Source: Octopus sinensis
Taxonomy: Eukaryota
Assembly: GCF_006345805.1 (NCBI RefSeq)
Contig: NW_021836973.1
Span: 1 to 22,212 of the forward strand
Reading direction: 5' to 3'
Length of the DNA stretch: 22,212 bases
Below the pieces are notes generated by a model. It had not been told where the DNA came from and made no database searches. It saw only the letters and a list, made by a program, of their open reading frames with translations. The translations under genes and the position numbers were made by a program. This document shows, piece after piece, positions 1-10,865 of this stretch (position 1 is the stretch's first letter; each line of letters begins with the position of its first letter).

Positions 1-180
1 TCACTTCTTTCTTCTTCTTCCATCTTCTTCTTCTTCTTCTTCTTCTTCTTCTTCTTCATTCTCCATTGTGTTCTTCATTCTTCTTCCTCTTCTTCTTCTC
101 GTTTTCTTCTTCTGCCTCTTCTTCTTCTTATCTTCTTCTTCTCCTCTTCTTCTTCTTCTTCTTCTTCTTCTTCTTCTTCA
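1..180 (+). repeat. (TTC)n microsatellite
   Basis: Direct reading of TTC/TCT runs; explains the Leu/Phe/Ser-rich ORF 68..337. Confidence 0.95.
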
Positions 181-418
181 TTCTCTTTCTTCATTCTTCT
201 CTTCCTGCCCCGCCTCATTTCAAATTCTGACACAGTCTCCCTTATTGACCCACGCGTGTCCCCCTCTTCCCTCTCTTCCCTGGTTACTATTATCCGGGTG
301 GGGACCCATTCCAGGTTCTCTCTTTTATGTTGCTTGACACATAAAATAACGATTTAAATGCAATCGCACAGATTACTGTGTACTCAGTCTGTTCTCTACC
401 TTCACCGAGGTTAGAAAA

Positions 419-487
419 CATCGTCGTCAACATCATCATCATCGTCGTCGTCATTATCATCATCAACATCATCATCATCATCAACAA

Positions 488-527
<40 letters not shown>

Positions 528-610
528 GTCGTCGTCGTCGTCATCATCATCATCATCATCATCAACCACAACATCATCACCACCGCTATCATCATCATCA
601 TCATCATCAA

Positions 611-645
<35 letters not shown>

Positions 646-752
646 TCATCATCATCATCATCATCATCCCCATAATCACTGTCGACGTCATAATCATTCT
701 TATTGTTGTTGTCGTCTGCCTGGCTGTTATTGAAGGTGGTGGTGGTGGTGGT
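419..752 (+). repeat. Compound (ATC)n/(GTC)n microsatellite followed by short (GGT)n
   Basis: Alternating CAT and CGT triplet runs; source of the poly-Ile/Val and poly-Met/Thr ORFs. Confidence 0.95.
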
Positions 753-1301
753 TGTCGTCGTGTATCGCTAGAATCGATACAGTGCCAGAAAAAAACTGCT
801 TTGGGTTCCTTTCTTTCGGGTTTTTTACATTCTGAGATCCGAAAACTATAAACTAATCGGGACCACTTTTGACCCCTTTGATGCGATAGAGTAATCAAGG
901 ATCTTGTGAAGGCTTTTCTGAAAATTTACTCCAGCGGGTCCCCCCCCCCACCGCCCAGCGTCACTGCTTCGACCGAATGTAGGCTCAACCCAGCTCTGCA
1001 ATGCAGGCCCCCATTTCAATTGACAGTGACCAGTGAGTATTTTAGAAAGTAGTGCTAAATATAATCTATGAATGATTTACAGGTATAAGTACGTAATGCG
1101 GTCACAGGTGTATACGTGTACATGTAGTGGATGGCTATACTCGTACTTCTAGTCAGTGTGTATGTATTGTATATATGTATATATGTGTATACATGCATGA
1201 CAACCTACCATAAAAATCTAGTTGCCACCCCACTCAAACTCACACACCCAAAGATGATTTTTAACTCAACAGAGACTGTATAAAGACAAGACTAACTCTA
1301 A

Positions 1302-1357
1302 TGCTTAGCTGGCCGAAACTTCGAAGTCACTGACAACAACATTCTTGTTTAAGAACA
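1302..1357 (+). mobile_element. Fragment of a hammerhead-like repeat family (3' half of the motif; second copy at 5629-5691)
   Basis: gcttagctggccgaaacttcgaagtcactgacaacaacattcttgtttaagaaca aligns by eye with 5638-5691; contains GAAAC-TTCGAA-GTC. Confidence 0.55.
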
Positions 1358-1375
1358 TATGTGTATGTATGTATT

Positions 1376-1408
<33 letters not shown>

Positions 1409-1744
1409 GTAACGAACCTAATAAAAGAACTCGGACTTTTTTTTACCAAAATACCCTCCCTTTTCTTCTAACCGGGGGTAAGGACAAGGGCGGGAAGAAG
1501 GACCTTTGAAAAACCGTAGAGCCAGGCCCACCGACCCACCTGAATCCCGAATGTGTACCGGCCTAAATAGTAGTAGTAGTAGTAGTCATGCTACGGTTGG
1601 CAATATTTGTCATCCATTAAGATGTTTTTATAAGTTCCATTGTTTTGGTTGTTGTGGTCGCTTTTTTTATCGTTCTTTTTCGTTCGTGCTATTTGTCTGT
1701 GCATTAATTGTTGTTGTTATTTAACCTTGGTCCATTGCTATCCA

Positions 1745-1900
1745 GGTGACCTGTAATCAACAGTGTTCCAATTTTCTTTTCTTCAGGCTTACTCTATATA
1801 CGACTTACATAATCTAGTGCCCTTTATGTTGAAGACCATAACACAGAGACTGATTTGCGGAGGACATAGTTGCTATTTCTACCTCGTCGATCGACCATTT
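1745..1900 (-). mobile_element. Diverged SINE 3' fragment (tagaaatagca-type family)
   Basis: Minus strand ggtcgatcgacgaggtagaaatagcaac resembles the gctagaaatagca motif at 4125 and 4350. Confidence 0.35.
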
Positions 1901-1992
1901 AGAGTACCACCTCACCCGCCAGTTTCTTTCGTGCAACAGTTGCTGTGGATTTTGTTTACGTGACTGTTGTAATTATCACTGTTGCTGTTGTT

Positions 1993-2362
1993 GTTGTTGT
2001 TGAGCGAAGCGGTTTCGTCCCTGCAGTGGGAGAAGTCCGAAACGTGGTCCTTTGCTATTCGTAAGACCCGCAGAAGAGAAAGCAGGTCAACCCCCGACAC
2101 CGAGAGCATCGACGGATGGATGAATGTGCATCCAGGCCCAGCGGTTGCGTAGGAAGTCGGGGACAAGAAACAGGAAGAAAAAGTGAGAGAAAGTTGGGGT
2201 GAAAGAGTACAACAGGGGTCACCACCATCCCCTGCCGGAGCCTCGTGGAGCTTTTAGGTGTTTTCGCTCAATAGACACACACAACGCCCGGTCTTGGAAT
2301 CGAAACCGCGATCCTCCGACCGCGAGTCCGCTGCCCTAACCATTGGGCCATTGCGCCTCCAC
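1993..2362 (-). mobile_element. Full-length tRNA(Arg-like)-derived SINE with (AAC)n tail and 11-bp target-site duplication
   Basis: Minus-strand head GGCGCAATGGCCCAATGGTTAGGGCAGCGGACTC...GCGGTTTCGATTCC (A box TGGCCCAATGG, B box GTTTCGATTCC); (AAC)n tail; TTGCTGTTGTT at both 1982-1992 and 2363-2373. Confidence 0.85.
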
Positions 2363-2446
2363 TTGCTGTTGTTATAATAGTAATATGTAGTAGTTATACT
2401 TAACTAGTAAAAGTGCCTGGCAACTAACACACTGCTGCTGCTGCTA

Positions 2447-2575
2447 ATAATGTTGATAATGATGATGATGATGATGGTGACGACGACGACGATGATGATG
2501 ACGATGATGATGATGACGATGATGATGATGACGATGACGATTATGACGATGATGATGATGATGATGATGATGATT
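2447..2575 (+). repeat. (GAT)n/(GAC)n microsatellite
   Basis: Direct reading; complementary to the 419-695 tract. Confidence 0.95.
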
Positions 2576-2718
2576 TTAATGTTTTTCAAATTTCGACTTG
2601 TTCAATAAGAGAAAAAGCCGGCCTCCGATTGGCCAGTTTTTGGGTTAGTAGAGAGAAGCTTTGTTGAAAACGGTACAATGGGAAGCGGATACCTTGAGGA
2701 AGTGCACAAGTGCACTGC

Positions 2719-2783
2719 AGCGCGCGCGCGCGCGTGTATGTGTGTGTGTGTGTGTGTGTATGAGAGTGTGTGTGTGAGTGTGT

Positions 2784-2820
<37 letters not shown>

Positions 2821-2919
2821 GTGTGTATACCTATGAGATAATCATTACACATACGTACACACACACATATGCACACGTGCATATTTATATGAATGTATAG
2901 ATATGTGTGTGTAGAAGTA

Positions 2920-2996
<77 letters not shown>

Positions 2997-3045
2997 TATT
3001 ATATATCTATATCTATATCTATATCTATATCTATATCTATATCTA

Positions 3046-3088
<43 letters not shown>

Positions 3089-3169
3089 TATAATACTTTA
3101 TTTTAAGCAGCAAAAATTCAACAAAATCTGTTACTCTGAGTTTCTCATATATATATATATATATATATA

Positions 3170-3216
<47 letters not shown>

Positions 3217-4003
3217 CATGTTGTGTGTGTATAAATATATATATATATATATTCAGATAGATATACGTTTATAGTCATACATACATATATATACATGTAG
3301 ATACACACACACACACATACACACTCATTTATATATATACATATACACGAGTGAGAGGCACCGGCCGTTTTGTGAGAGGAGCAATGCTCATGTCAATACC
3401 CTCACGAACATTTACCGATATCATGCGCATTATATAATTTGTGTGTGTGTGTGTGTATATATGCATATGCGTGCATGTGTGTGTGTGCGTGTGCATGAAT
3501 GTGCATGAACGTGTGTGTGCATGTGTGTGTAAACACTCCAGGAATAAGTTTATGTGTTTGTCAAACAATTATACTCGTGTGTCTTCTTGTTTGTCTTCGC
3601 CAGCACCACTGCGGCCATGCTGCAGCAATGCAATTATCTTTCCATCAATAGGTTAAGATTTTGTGTGCATATGTCTGTGTGTGTATACACGCATATATTT
3701 ATACAAATGCACACATACAAGCACATGTGTACACACACACACAAAACACACACACATATATATATATACACACATATGCACACACACACATTTGTATGTA
3801 TATAATAAAATTGCTTATTATGGCAGTATGTATGATGCATCTATGCATATATATAACTTTGTGTATGTATGTATGTATAAATATGTACGTATGTATGTAT
3901 ATAGATGTATTATGTATTTGTGTTGTGTACGTGTTAAATATGCACAAGTGTGTGTATGTATATCTGTGCATGTGTGCGTGTGTGTGAATGTGTATGTGTA
4001 TGC

Positions 4004-4039
<36 letters not shown>

Positions 4040-4070
4040 GTGCGTGTGTGTATATACGTGCGTGCGCTTT
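2719..4070. repeat. Cluster of (CG)n, (TG)n, (TA)n, (TATATC)n and mixed TG/CA/TA microsatellites with short unique islands
   Basis: Direct reading; explains the CVCV/YIYI/THTH ORFs. Confidence 0.9.
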
Positions 4071-4116
4071 CGCGATGTATTGAAGACAATCAAGTTTTGG
4101 ACGATGTATTGCGTAT

Positions 4117-4250
4117 GACCAGTGCTAGAAATAGCAATCAAACCCCTCTCATATATTCTACGTCTTAGAAAAATAAAGGACATTGCATGATTTATGTCTA
4201 AATGTACTGTGTCTAAAAAAAAAAAAATACCAGGTAGGTTGGTCATGGCC
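4117..4250 (+). mobile_element. SINE 3' fragment (gctagaaatagca family)
   Basis: gaccagtgctagaaatagcaatcaaaccctc...cgtcttagaaaaataaaggacatt; the motif recurs at 4348-4365. Confidence 0.45.
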
Positions 4251-4399
4251 GGGTCACTTTCACTCGTTAGTCTGTTTGGACGAAGCACAACCAACAGCAA
4301 CAACAACAGAGAAACATAAATCGTATATTCTTGGTTACAAGAGTAGGTGCTAGAAATAGCAGCCAGATTTAAAATGTTAGCGTTACCGTTTTGGCTTCA

Positions 4400-4550
4400 A
4401 AAGCGGATACCCGTAACATTGTGATCCTAGGTACACTACAACTGAATACAAGATGGATGCCCAACACCCGGGAGACCTCTTGACCAAGGGTCTGCTGGAT
4501 GTGGGTCAACCTAGAGCTAAGGAACAGGGAACACACTTGTCGCGTTATTA
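4400..4550 (+). mobile_element. Possible decayed non-LTR retrotransposon 3' end
   Basis: RNIVILGTLQL loosely resembles the C-terminal QKxVILGTAxIL motif of REL-endonuclease LINEs; weak similarity only. Confidence 0.25.
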
Positions 4551-4561
4551 TTAAGACTATC

Positions 4562-4724
4562 CACCGTTCGTACGTTCTGAGTTCAAATTCTGTCGGGTCG
4601 ACTGTGCCTTTCATCCTTTCGGAGTCGAGTAAATAAAGTACCAGTAGAGTACTGAAGTCAACGTAATCGATTATCGCCCTCACCAAAATTTCAAAACTTG
4701 TGCCTATAGTAGAAAGAATTATTA
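4562..4724 (+). mobile_element. SINE family B, headless copy
   Basis: cgttctgagttcaaattc...gtcgactgtgcctttcatcctttcgg...aagtaccag...gtgcctatagtagaaag; homologous to 7012-7215 and 20237-20425. Confidence 0.8.
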
Positions 4725-4734
4725 GGACTGTCCA

Positions 4735-4735
4735 T

Positions 4736-4834
<99 letters not shown>

Positions 4835-4870
4835 GATATATATATATATATATATATACAACATATATAT
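4735..4870. repeat. (TA)n microsatellite
   Basis: Direct reading. Confidence 0.95.
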
Positions 4871-5195
4871 AATTAAATTAGAGATAAAACCACTATTAGG
4901 CAACTCAAATAGTGGTAGACATAAACCAAAAAACAAAAAATGAATATAATTAATATAATTATAATATATATATAAAATATAAAATTTAAAATTTAAATTA
5001 TTAAAATTTTTAATTTATATTTTTTAATTTTAAATTAAAACATTTTTTTAATATATAACTAACCAAAAAGTATAAAACAGTTAAATATAATATAAATACA
5101 AATACATTAATTATATGGATGATACCAAATACCATACAAAATTCTGGTGCCTTTAACTTAAGTACCATATTCATCTGAATCTAAATTTTGCTGAA

Positions 5196-5236
<41 letters not shown>

Positions 5237-5241
5237 TTATA

Positions 5242-5589
5242 TTTTACTTGTTTCAGTCATTAAACTTTGGCCGTGCTGGGGGTACCGCACTGAAGAACTT
5301 TTAGCCGAATGTATCGACGCCAGAACTGGTGCTAGTTCTATCGAGCTGTCTTGCCGAACCATTGAAGTTACGGGGACGTAAACACACCAACAAACGGTGG
5401 ATTGGTGAGGACAAACACAGATAGACAGGCAGCTCTGTATATACATATATACGACGGGCTTTTTTTTCTCAGTTTTGGTCGGCCCGAGGCAATAGTAGAA
5501 GACACCTGCTCAAGGTGTCACGCAGCAAGACTGAACCCAGAACTATGTGTTTAATAAGCAAGCTTCTTAACACACAACCATGTCTACGC
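5242..5589 (-). mobile_element. SINE family A, diverged near-full-length copy
   Basis: ttttacttgtttcagtca tail and ggtcggcccgaggc...agaagacac...actgaaccc head; homologous to 9374-9775. Confidence 0.85.
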
Positions 5590-5625
5590 ATATACATACA
5601 TATATATATATATTTATATATATAT

Positions 5626-5725
5626 CTTCCGACGATGGCTTAGCTGCCGGAACTTCAAAGTCACTATTAACAACATTCTTGTATAAGAACAATAAAGTTG
5701 TACTCTACAAAAATATACAGTAACT
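5626..5725 (+). mobile_element. Short element starting with a degenerate hammerhead-like motif, directly after a (TA)n run
   Basis: CCGACGA-T-GGC-ttagct-GCC-GGAAC-TTCAAA-GTC at 5629-5662, then AATAAA at 5691; homologous to 1302-1357. Confidence 0.55.
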
Positions 5726-5913
5726 CATCGGATTAATGTAAAATTGATTTATTATAACTGAAGATAAAACCATTATACATATATATATAAATGTAAATAT
5801 AAACATATATATATATGACAAAGCATAAATAATGATCCTTATATATTTTTCGTTATTGTAATAAATTTGACTATACATATACACACGCGCGTATTATATA
5901 TATATGTATATAC

Positions 5914-5954
<41 letters not shown>

Positions 5955-6087
5955 GCATACATATACATACGTAAACATTTGCACATATTGATCTGACTGA
6001 ATTACCTCCCTTTATACCAAGCAATACTCTGCATTTCGCTTGATAACCAGACGAAACGCAAGGTGCTGCTCCCGAGTACCTACATCG

Positions 6088-6133
<46 letters not shown>

Positions 6134-6501
6134 CATATATCGTTTGTGCATGCATGTATGTATATATATAAATATTTATGTGATGAGCTGTTAGTTACAC
6201 TGGTCGTCTGCTTTCTGGGTAAACAGCGAATCGAGGATTGAAACTTTGACAGCGCAGTCTTCTAAATTTCATGCAACCGAAGTGAGGCTGTCAGCACGAG
6301 ATTCATACATAAGTTATTTGATAGCGACTGACGTACTGTCCAGGGGAAATGGAGATTCACATCGAATAAATTCAACAGAGAAATCTGACGAAAGCCGTTT
6401 CTCTCTCTCACACATTCTCGTCTACACGCTTTGTCTTTATTTCCCATTCTCTCCCTTATATATGAATACATTTACGAATGTGTGTGAATATATTCTTTTA
6501 T

Positions 6502-6660
6502 TCTTTTACTTGTTTCAGTCAGTTGACTGCAGCCATGCTGGAGCATCACCTTCGAGGGTCTTAGGCGACCAAATCGACCCCAAGACTTATTTTTAAAGCC
6601 TAGTATTTATTCTATCGGTTGTCAAGCAGTGATGGGGTGACAAACACAAACACAAAAACA
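6502..6660 (-). mobile_element. SINE family A 3' half with internal deletion
   Basis: tcttttacttgtttcagtc...ctatcggttgtcaagc; lacks the ~57-nt segment that lies between the two atcggt-like words in the other copies. Confidence 0.85.
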
Positions 6661-6721
6661 CACACACAGATACTTGCACACACACACACACCAGCGCGCG
6701 CGCACGACACACACACACACA

Positions 6722-6763
<42 letters not shown>

Positions 6764-6800
6764 TACACACACATACACATACACACATACACACACATAT
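6655..6800. repeat. (CA)n/(CT)n compound microsatellite
   Basis: Direct reading. Confidence 0.95.
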
Positions 6801-7011
6801 AACAAAAAAAAACAAATAGTGAGGGATTATCAATCCGGGAAAAATTCTTCAGAAGCTCTCTTCTGGCACTCCAGGCTAACAATATTACTTAGATTAGAGA
6901 AGCAGGATCCCAGGTTATGGTTCATCATAACTCTATATTGCAAGTCCGTGGATGGGCTCCAGATAAACTGGTTTTTACACAGACTAATACATAAGAAACA
7001 AGTTGAAAATA

Positions 7012-7215
7012 ATTATTTCTACTCTAGGTACAAGCCCTTGAAAAATTTTGGGAAAGGGGCTAGACGATTACAATCGACACAAGCATTTGGCTGGTGCTCA
7101 TTTCACCGACCCCGAAAGGGTGAAAGGCAAAGTAGACCTCAGCGGAATTTGAACTCAGAACGTAGCGGCAGACGAAATCCGCAAAGCATTTTGCCGGGCT
7201 CGCTAACCATTCTGC
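7012..7215 (-). mobile_element. SINE family B (tRNA-derived)
   Basis: Minus strand gcagaatggttagc...gttctgagttcaaattccgc...ctttgcctttcaccctttcggggtcgg. Confidence 0.85.
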
Positions 7216-7580
7216 TTTATAATAAATTACAAGTTAAAAATAATGTTCATTAAATATAATTCCTTTATATACATATATGCACACAGAAAAATATATTTTT
7301 TTTGGTGAATTCGTATGTAATGTCACACTTTGAGGTCAAACGAAAAAGGCAAAAATACATGTTAAAAGTTCACTTAATTTATTTGGCACAGAGTGGATGG
7401 AATTATTCAAAGTATGAAATACATCCATAAGTGCTTTGTGTGGAAATATAGTCGGTTCAGTCGAAGGTTCGAATGCAGCTGAGGGACTAAACAAAAAATT
7501 GCAGTAAAACAGAGTGGAACACCTGGATGTAAGCCAAAACGAAATGAAAAATTACTCACAATAAAAAGTAGATATTGTTC

Positions 7581-8390
7581 AAAAGTAGATGTTCCGTGGT
7601 CGAGACTATCACGGAATGGTTCTTACTATTTAGGGGTAGTTGATAGTTTTTTCGAAATGGCCTGAAATTCGCAAGTGTAAAAAAACCAACCTCCTCAACT
7701 GTGATAAATTTTTTACACGAATTGTTTGCAAGATTTGACATCCCAGATAAGATAGTGTCTGACAATGGAACGCAATTTGTGTCTAGCGAATTTTATAAAT
7801 TTTTTTCAAACGTTCGTGGTAGAAGATATAACTACGTCGCCAAATGATTGCAGGACTAACGGACAGGTAGAACGCTTTGTCGATACTTTCAAGAGAGCCC
7901 TAAGAAAGTGGAATAAGTCACGGATGAGGTAGCTCTACAACAATTTTTAAGAGTGTACCGTGTGACATGAAATCCGAATGCACCAGCTGATGTTTGCAAG
8001 GAAAGTAAAATCAGCCTTTGTTAAACTGCTACCTGGCAAGAAAATAAAAAGTGCCAGGGAAGACATACCAAGATTCTTAGAAGTTGGTGAAAAAGTATAT
8101 ATCATGGGATACAAGAATGGAAAGCAGAGTTGGGAAGATGGTGTAATTACCAAATACATAGGTAAAAGGATGTATTGGGTAAAAAGTAGAAAGGGCATAT
8201 AAAAGAGACACAGGAACCAACTGAAAAAGAGATTTGTGGAAAGCGAACCAAAGAAGTTGGAGGAGCCCATGGAATGGTTGTGCGATACATTCCAGGTACC
8301 GACGCCACGGCAGGTGATTGAAGCCAAGTGTAGAAGTGAGAGAAAAAAAAAACATACAGTTTCTGAAAATAGTTGTCAAGCGCAAAAAAT
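7581..8390 (+). mobile_element. Ty3/Gypsy LTR retrotransposon integrase pseudogene (rve core plus C-terminal region)
   Basis: With frameshifts reads VPWSRL..YYLGVVDSFSKWPEI..FLHELFARFDIPDKIVSDNGTQFVSSEF..TNGQVERFVDTFKRALRK..LQQFLRVYR..MFARKVKSAF..EVGEKVY..WEDGVITKYIGKRMYWV; D-D-E residues recognisable; stops present; no LTR found. Confidence 0.92.
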
Positions 8391-8523
8391 ATTAGAAGGA
8401 ATGAGGTACTCAGAGATTCGGATGGTTTTATATTTACAGATATTTATTTATATATTACATGGTTTTTATACATCATATATCAATATATATCATATATTAG
8501 CGCTTTCGTCCATTCTAGTGGAG

Positions 8524-8534
8524 TATATATATAT

Positions 8535-8587
<53 letters not shown>

Positions 8588-8592
8588 TATAT
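8524..8592. repeat. (TA)n microsatellite abutting the transposon TIR
   Basis: Direct reading. Confidence 0.95.
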
Positions 8593-9912
8593 GGGTGTTC
8601 AAAAAAATTGGATATCATTTCGCAATAGCTAATAACTTTGCCAGTTCTTGTTCAAATGACTTCAAATTTTAACAGAATGTGTAGAAACGGGTCAAAATTT
8701 TATGTTTAATATTTGATATGTTTATCTTTTCAGGTATAGAAATGGCATTCACTGGAAGAGAAAAGGCGTTTTGTGTGTTGGAGTATGCTCGAACACAGTC
8801 AAACAAGACTGAGTAGTGTCCATTTGTGAAAGAGTTCTCTAAAAAGTCACCAACGGCAATGCAGATTTGGGTAGGACACAAAAAATTCAAAGAGGAAGGC
8901 TCGATTTTCTTTGAGGGAAATATGACCGGCGATGTTTATCTGCAAATGCTTCAGAACTGGTTAATGGACGAGCTCATTGCAAATGAACATGAAGACTTAA
9001 TTTCTTAACAGGATGGGGCTCCATCTCACTGGAAGCTCACTGTGTGTGCTTAACTCAGTGACAGTCTGCAAGGGAGATGGATCGAGCGTGCTGGGGATGA
9101 AGACAATGTGCTGTTGAAATGGCTGCCATGTTCACCTGACCTGACGCCTTGCGATTTTTTTTTGTCTGGGGTTATGTGAAAGGCCTGGTCTATGTTCTCC
9201 CTTTTCCTGCAAACCTAGAGGAACTCGGACAGGGAATCACTACCGCAGTGGATACTGTTACCCAAGGCATGCTGCAGCGTGTTTGGGAGGAGCTGGGCTA
9301 CCGACTCTCAGCCGTCTCTCAGGCGGTGCGCATATCGAACATTTGTGAAATCGCCCATGGAATCCGCATACCTCTCTTTACTTGTTTCAGTCATTTGACT
9401 GTGGCCATGCTGGAGCGCCGCCTTTAGTCGAGCAAATCGACCCCAGGACTTATTCTTTGTAAGCCCAGTACTTATTCTTTCGGTCTCTTTTGCCGAACCG
9501 CTAAGTGACGGGGACGTAAACACACCAGCATCAGTTGTCAAGCAATGCTAGGGGGTACAAACACAGACACACAAACATACACACACTTATATATATATAT
9601 ATACATATATACGACGGGCTTCTCTCAGTTTCCATCTACCAAATCCACTCACAAGGCATTGGTCGGCCTGAGACTATAGCAGAAGACACTTGCCCAAGGT
9701 GCCACGCAATGGGACTGAACCCGGAACCATGTGGTTGGTAAGAAAGCTACTTACCACACAGCCACTCCTGCGCCTACCTTTGAATTTCTCATTCAAATTT
9801 TGAGGAATAACTCTTAGGTTCCTCAACATTAAGCCTGTTTAGTTTCATTTGCTTTGACTATGTAGTTTCTGTGATATTTACATCTCAAATGGTACCAAAT
9901 TCTTTATCACGG
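8591..9912 (+). mobile_element. Internally deleted Tc1/mariner-superfamily DNA transposon (N-terminal HTH, DD46D-type), interrupted by a SINE
   Basis: ATG at ~8741: MAFTGREKAFCVLEYARTQSNKT..KEFSKKSPTAMQIW..HKKFKEEG, fused to FFEGNMTGDVYLQML..QDGAPSHW..RWI..KWLPCSPDLTPCDFF.WGYVKGLVY..NLEEL..AHIEHL*. Left TIR-like GGGTGTTCAAAAAAATTGGATATCATTT after TA; weak right-TIR-like aaatggtaccaaattcttt at ~9887-9905 (right boundary uncertain). Confidence 0.85.
9374..9775 (-). mobile_element. SINE family A, full-length well-preserved copy
   Basis: Minus-strand head aggcgcaggagTGGCTGTGTGGTAAG...GGGTTCAGTCCC, internal CA/TA microsatellite, tail ...gactgaaacaagtaaaga. Confidence 0.92.
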
Positions 9913-10095
9913 AGGTGTGAGTTCGAGTCTCATAGCCGGCCGCCAACACTTTTTTCTGCAAAATAGAGGTAGCTTATCCTGTTCAGGCTATATTGTTAGC
10001 ATTATCCCGCGTTTGAGAATTTAAAATCACTTCTTTAACTTTCTAAGGCATCTCAACGCTTCTAAAGCGTTGTTTACGTTCATCGTAATTTGAAT

Positions 10096-10420
10096 ATACA
10101 TACATACAAACATACATACATACATACATACATAGATACATGCATGCATGCATACATACATACATACATACATACATACATACATACATGCATGCATGCA
10201 TGCATACATACATACATACATGCATGCATGCATGCATACATACATACATACATGCATGCATGCATACATACATACATGTATACATACATACATACATGCA
10301 TGCATGCATACATACATACATACATACATACATACATACATACACACACATACATACATACATACATACATACATACATACATACATACATACATACATA
10401 CATACATACATACATACATA
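10096..10420 (+). repeat. (CATA)n tetranucleotide microsatellite with CATG variants; may be the expanded tail of the adjacent RTE
   Basis: Direct reading; explains the MYVC/HTYI ORFs. Confidence 0.95.
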
Positions 10421-10860
10421 CTGACTGGAACTTCTGGTCAGCAGAGTGCTGTTTCATCATCTGAACGCAGATAGCTTTTCCGCCCAGCTTTCGTTCTGAA
10501 GGAGCGTTCACTGACGTGACACTCAATTTTCTTTTCAGTACAAACGTACAGCAGTCCCCGTAGTAGTTGAACCATCTCACAAGCATCTCGGTTTCTCCCT
10601 GGTTCATGTGACTTTAGATGCCAGACAAATCCAGCTCTGGAGAGAAGTAATCGTCCAAACGCATTGCACTTCAATAGCTGCTGGGTTTCTGTTTCGGTAG
10701 ACACTGCACTTGGGTCTCGCTTATTGAGTGAACGCTTCAAAGTAGCAAACTCCATTCGCCTTTGTACCTCTACATAATAGTCTTTCTCTGTAATATACGT
10801 CTTTCTACCAATATCTTCCAGCTCAACTAGATATCCATATCTGCATGTATATAAAGTGTG
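10421..10860 (-). mobile_element. RTE-clade LINE ORF 3' end (degenerate) with two decayed C2H2 fingers
   Basis: DMDI*LSWKILVERR..RKT (RTE 'IDxxxWExLAxDRxxWR' region), then KCNAFGRLLLSRAGFVWHLKSH and CHVSERSFRTKAGRKSYLRSD; followed by (TATG)n on the minus strand. Confidence 0.7.
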
Positions 10861-10865
10861 GCGAG

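Noticed and set aside
419-2575. Complementary (ATC/GTC)n and (GAT/GAC)n tracts 1.8 kb apart as a possible TIR pair or long hairpin
   Set aside because: Both are simple repeats that are common here; the unique flanks are not complementary.
2625-2634. Perfect NF-Y/CCAAT-like site CCGATTGGCC
   Set aside because: A single short motif with no supporting TSS, TATA box or downstream exon evidence.
4871-5198. Very AT-rich island between TA runs, possibly another PLE-type end
   Set aside because: No hammerhead core on either strand and no second copy in the window to define it.
6370-6410. CTGACGA inside an AGAGAAA/TTTCTCT hairpin
   Set aside because: No stem II and no separate GAAA/NUH elements, so it is not a hammerhead. 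The same applies to CTGAAGA at ~5759 and minus-strand CCGATGA at ~5725.
9905-9935. B-box-like gagttcgagtctc suggesting a tRNA gene
   Set aside because: No A box or cloverleaf; at most a SINE remnant.
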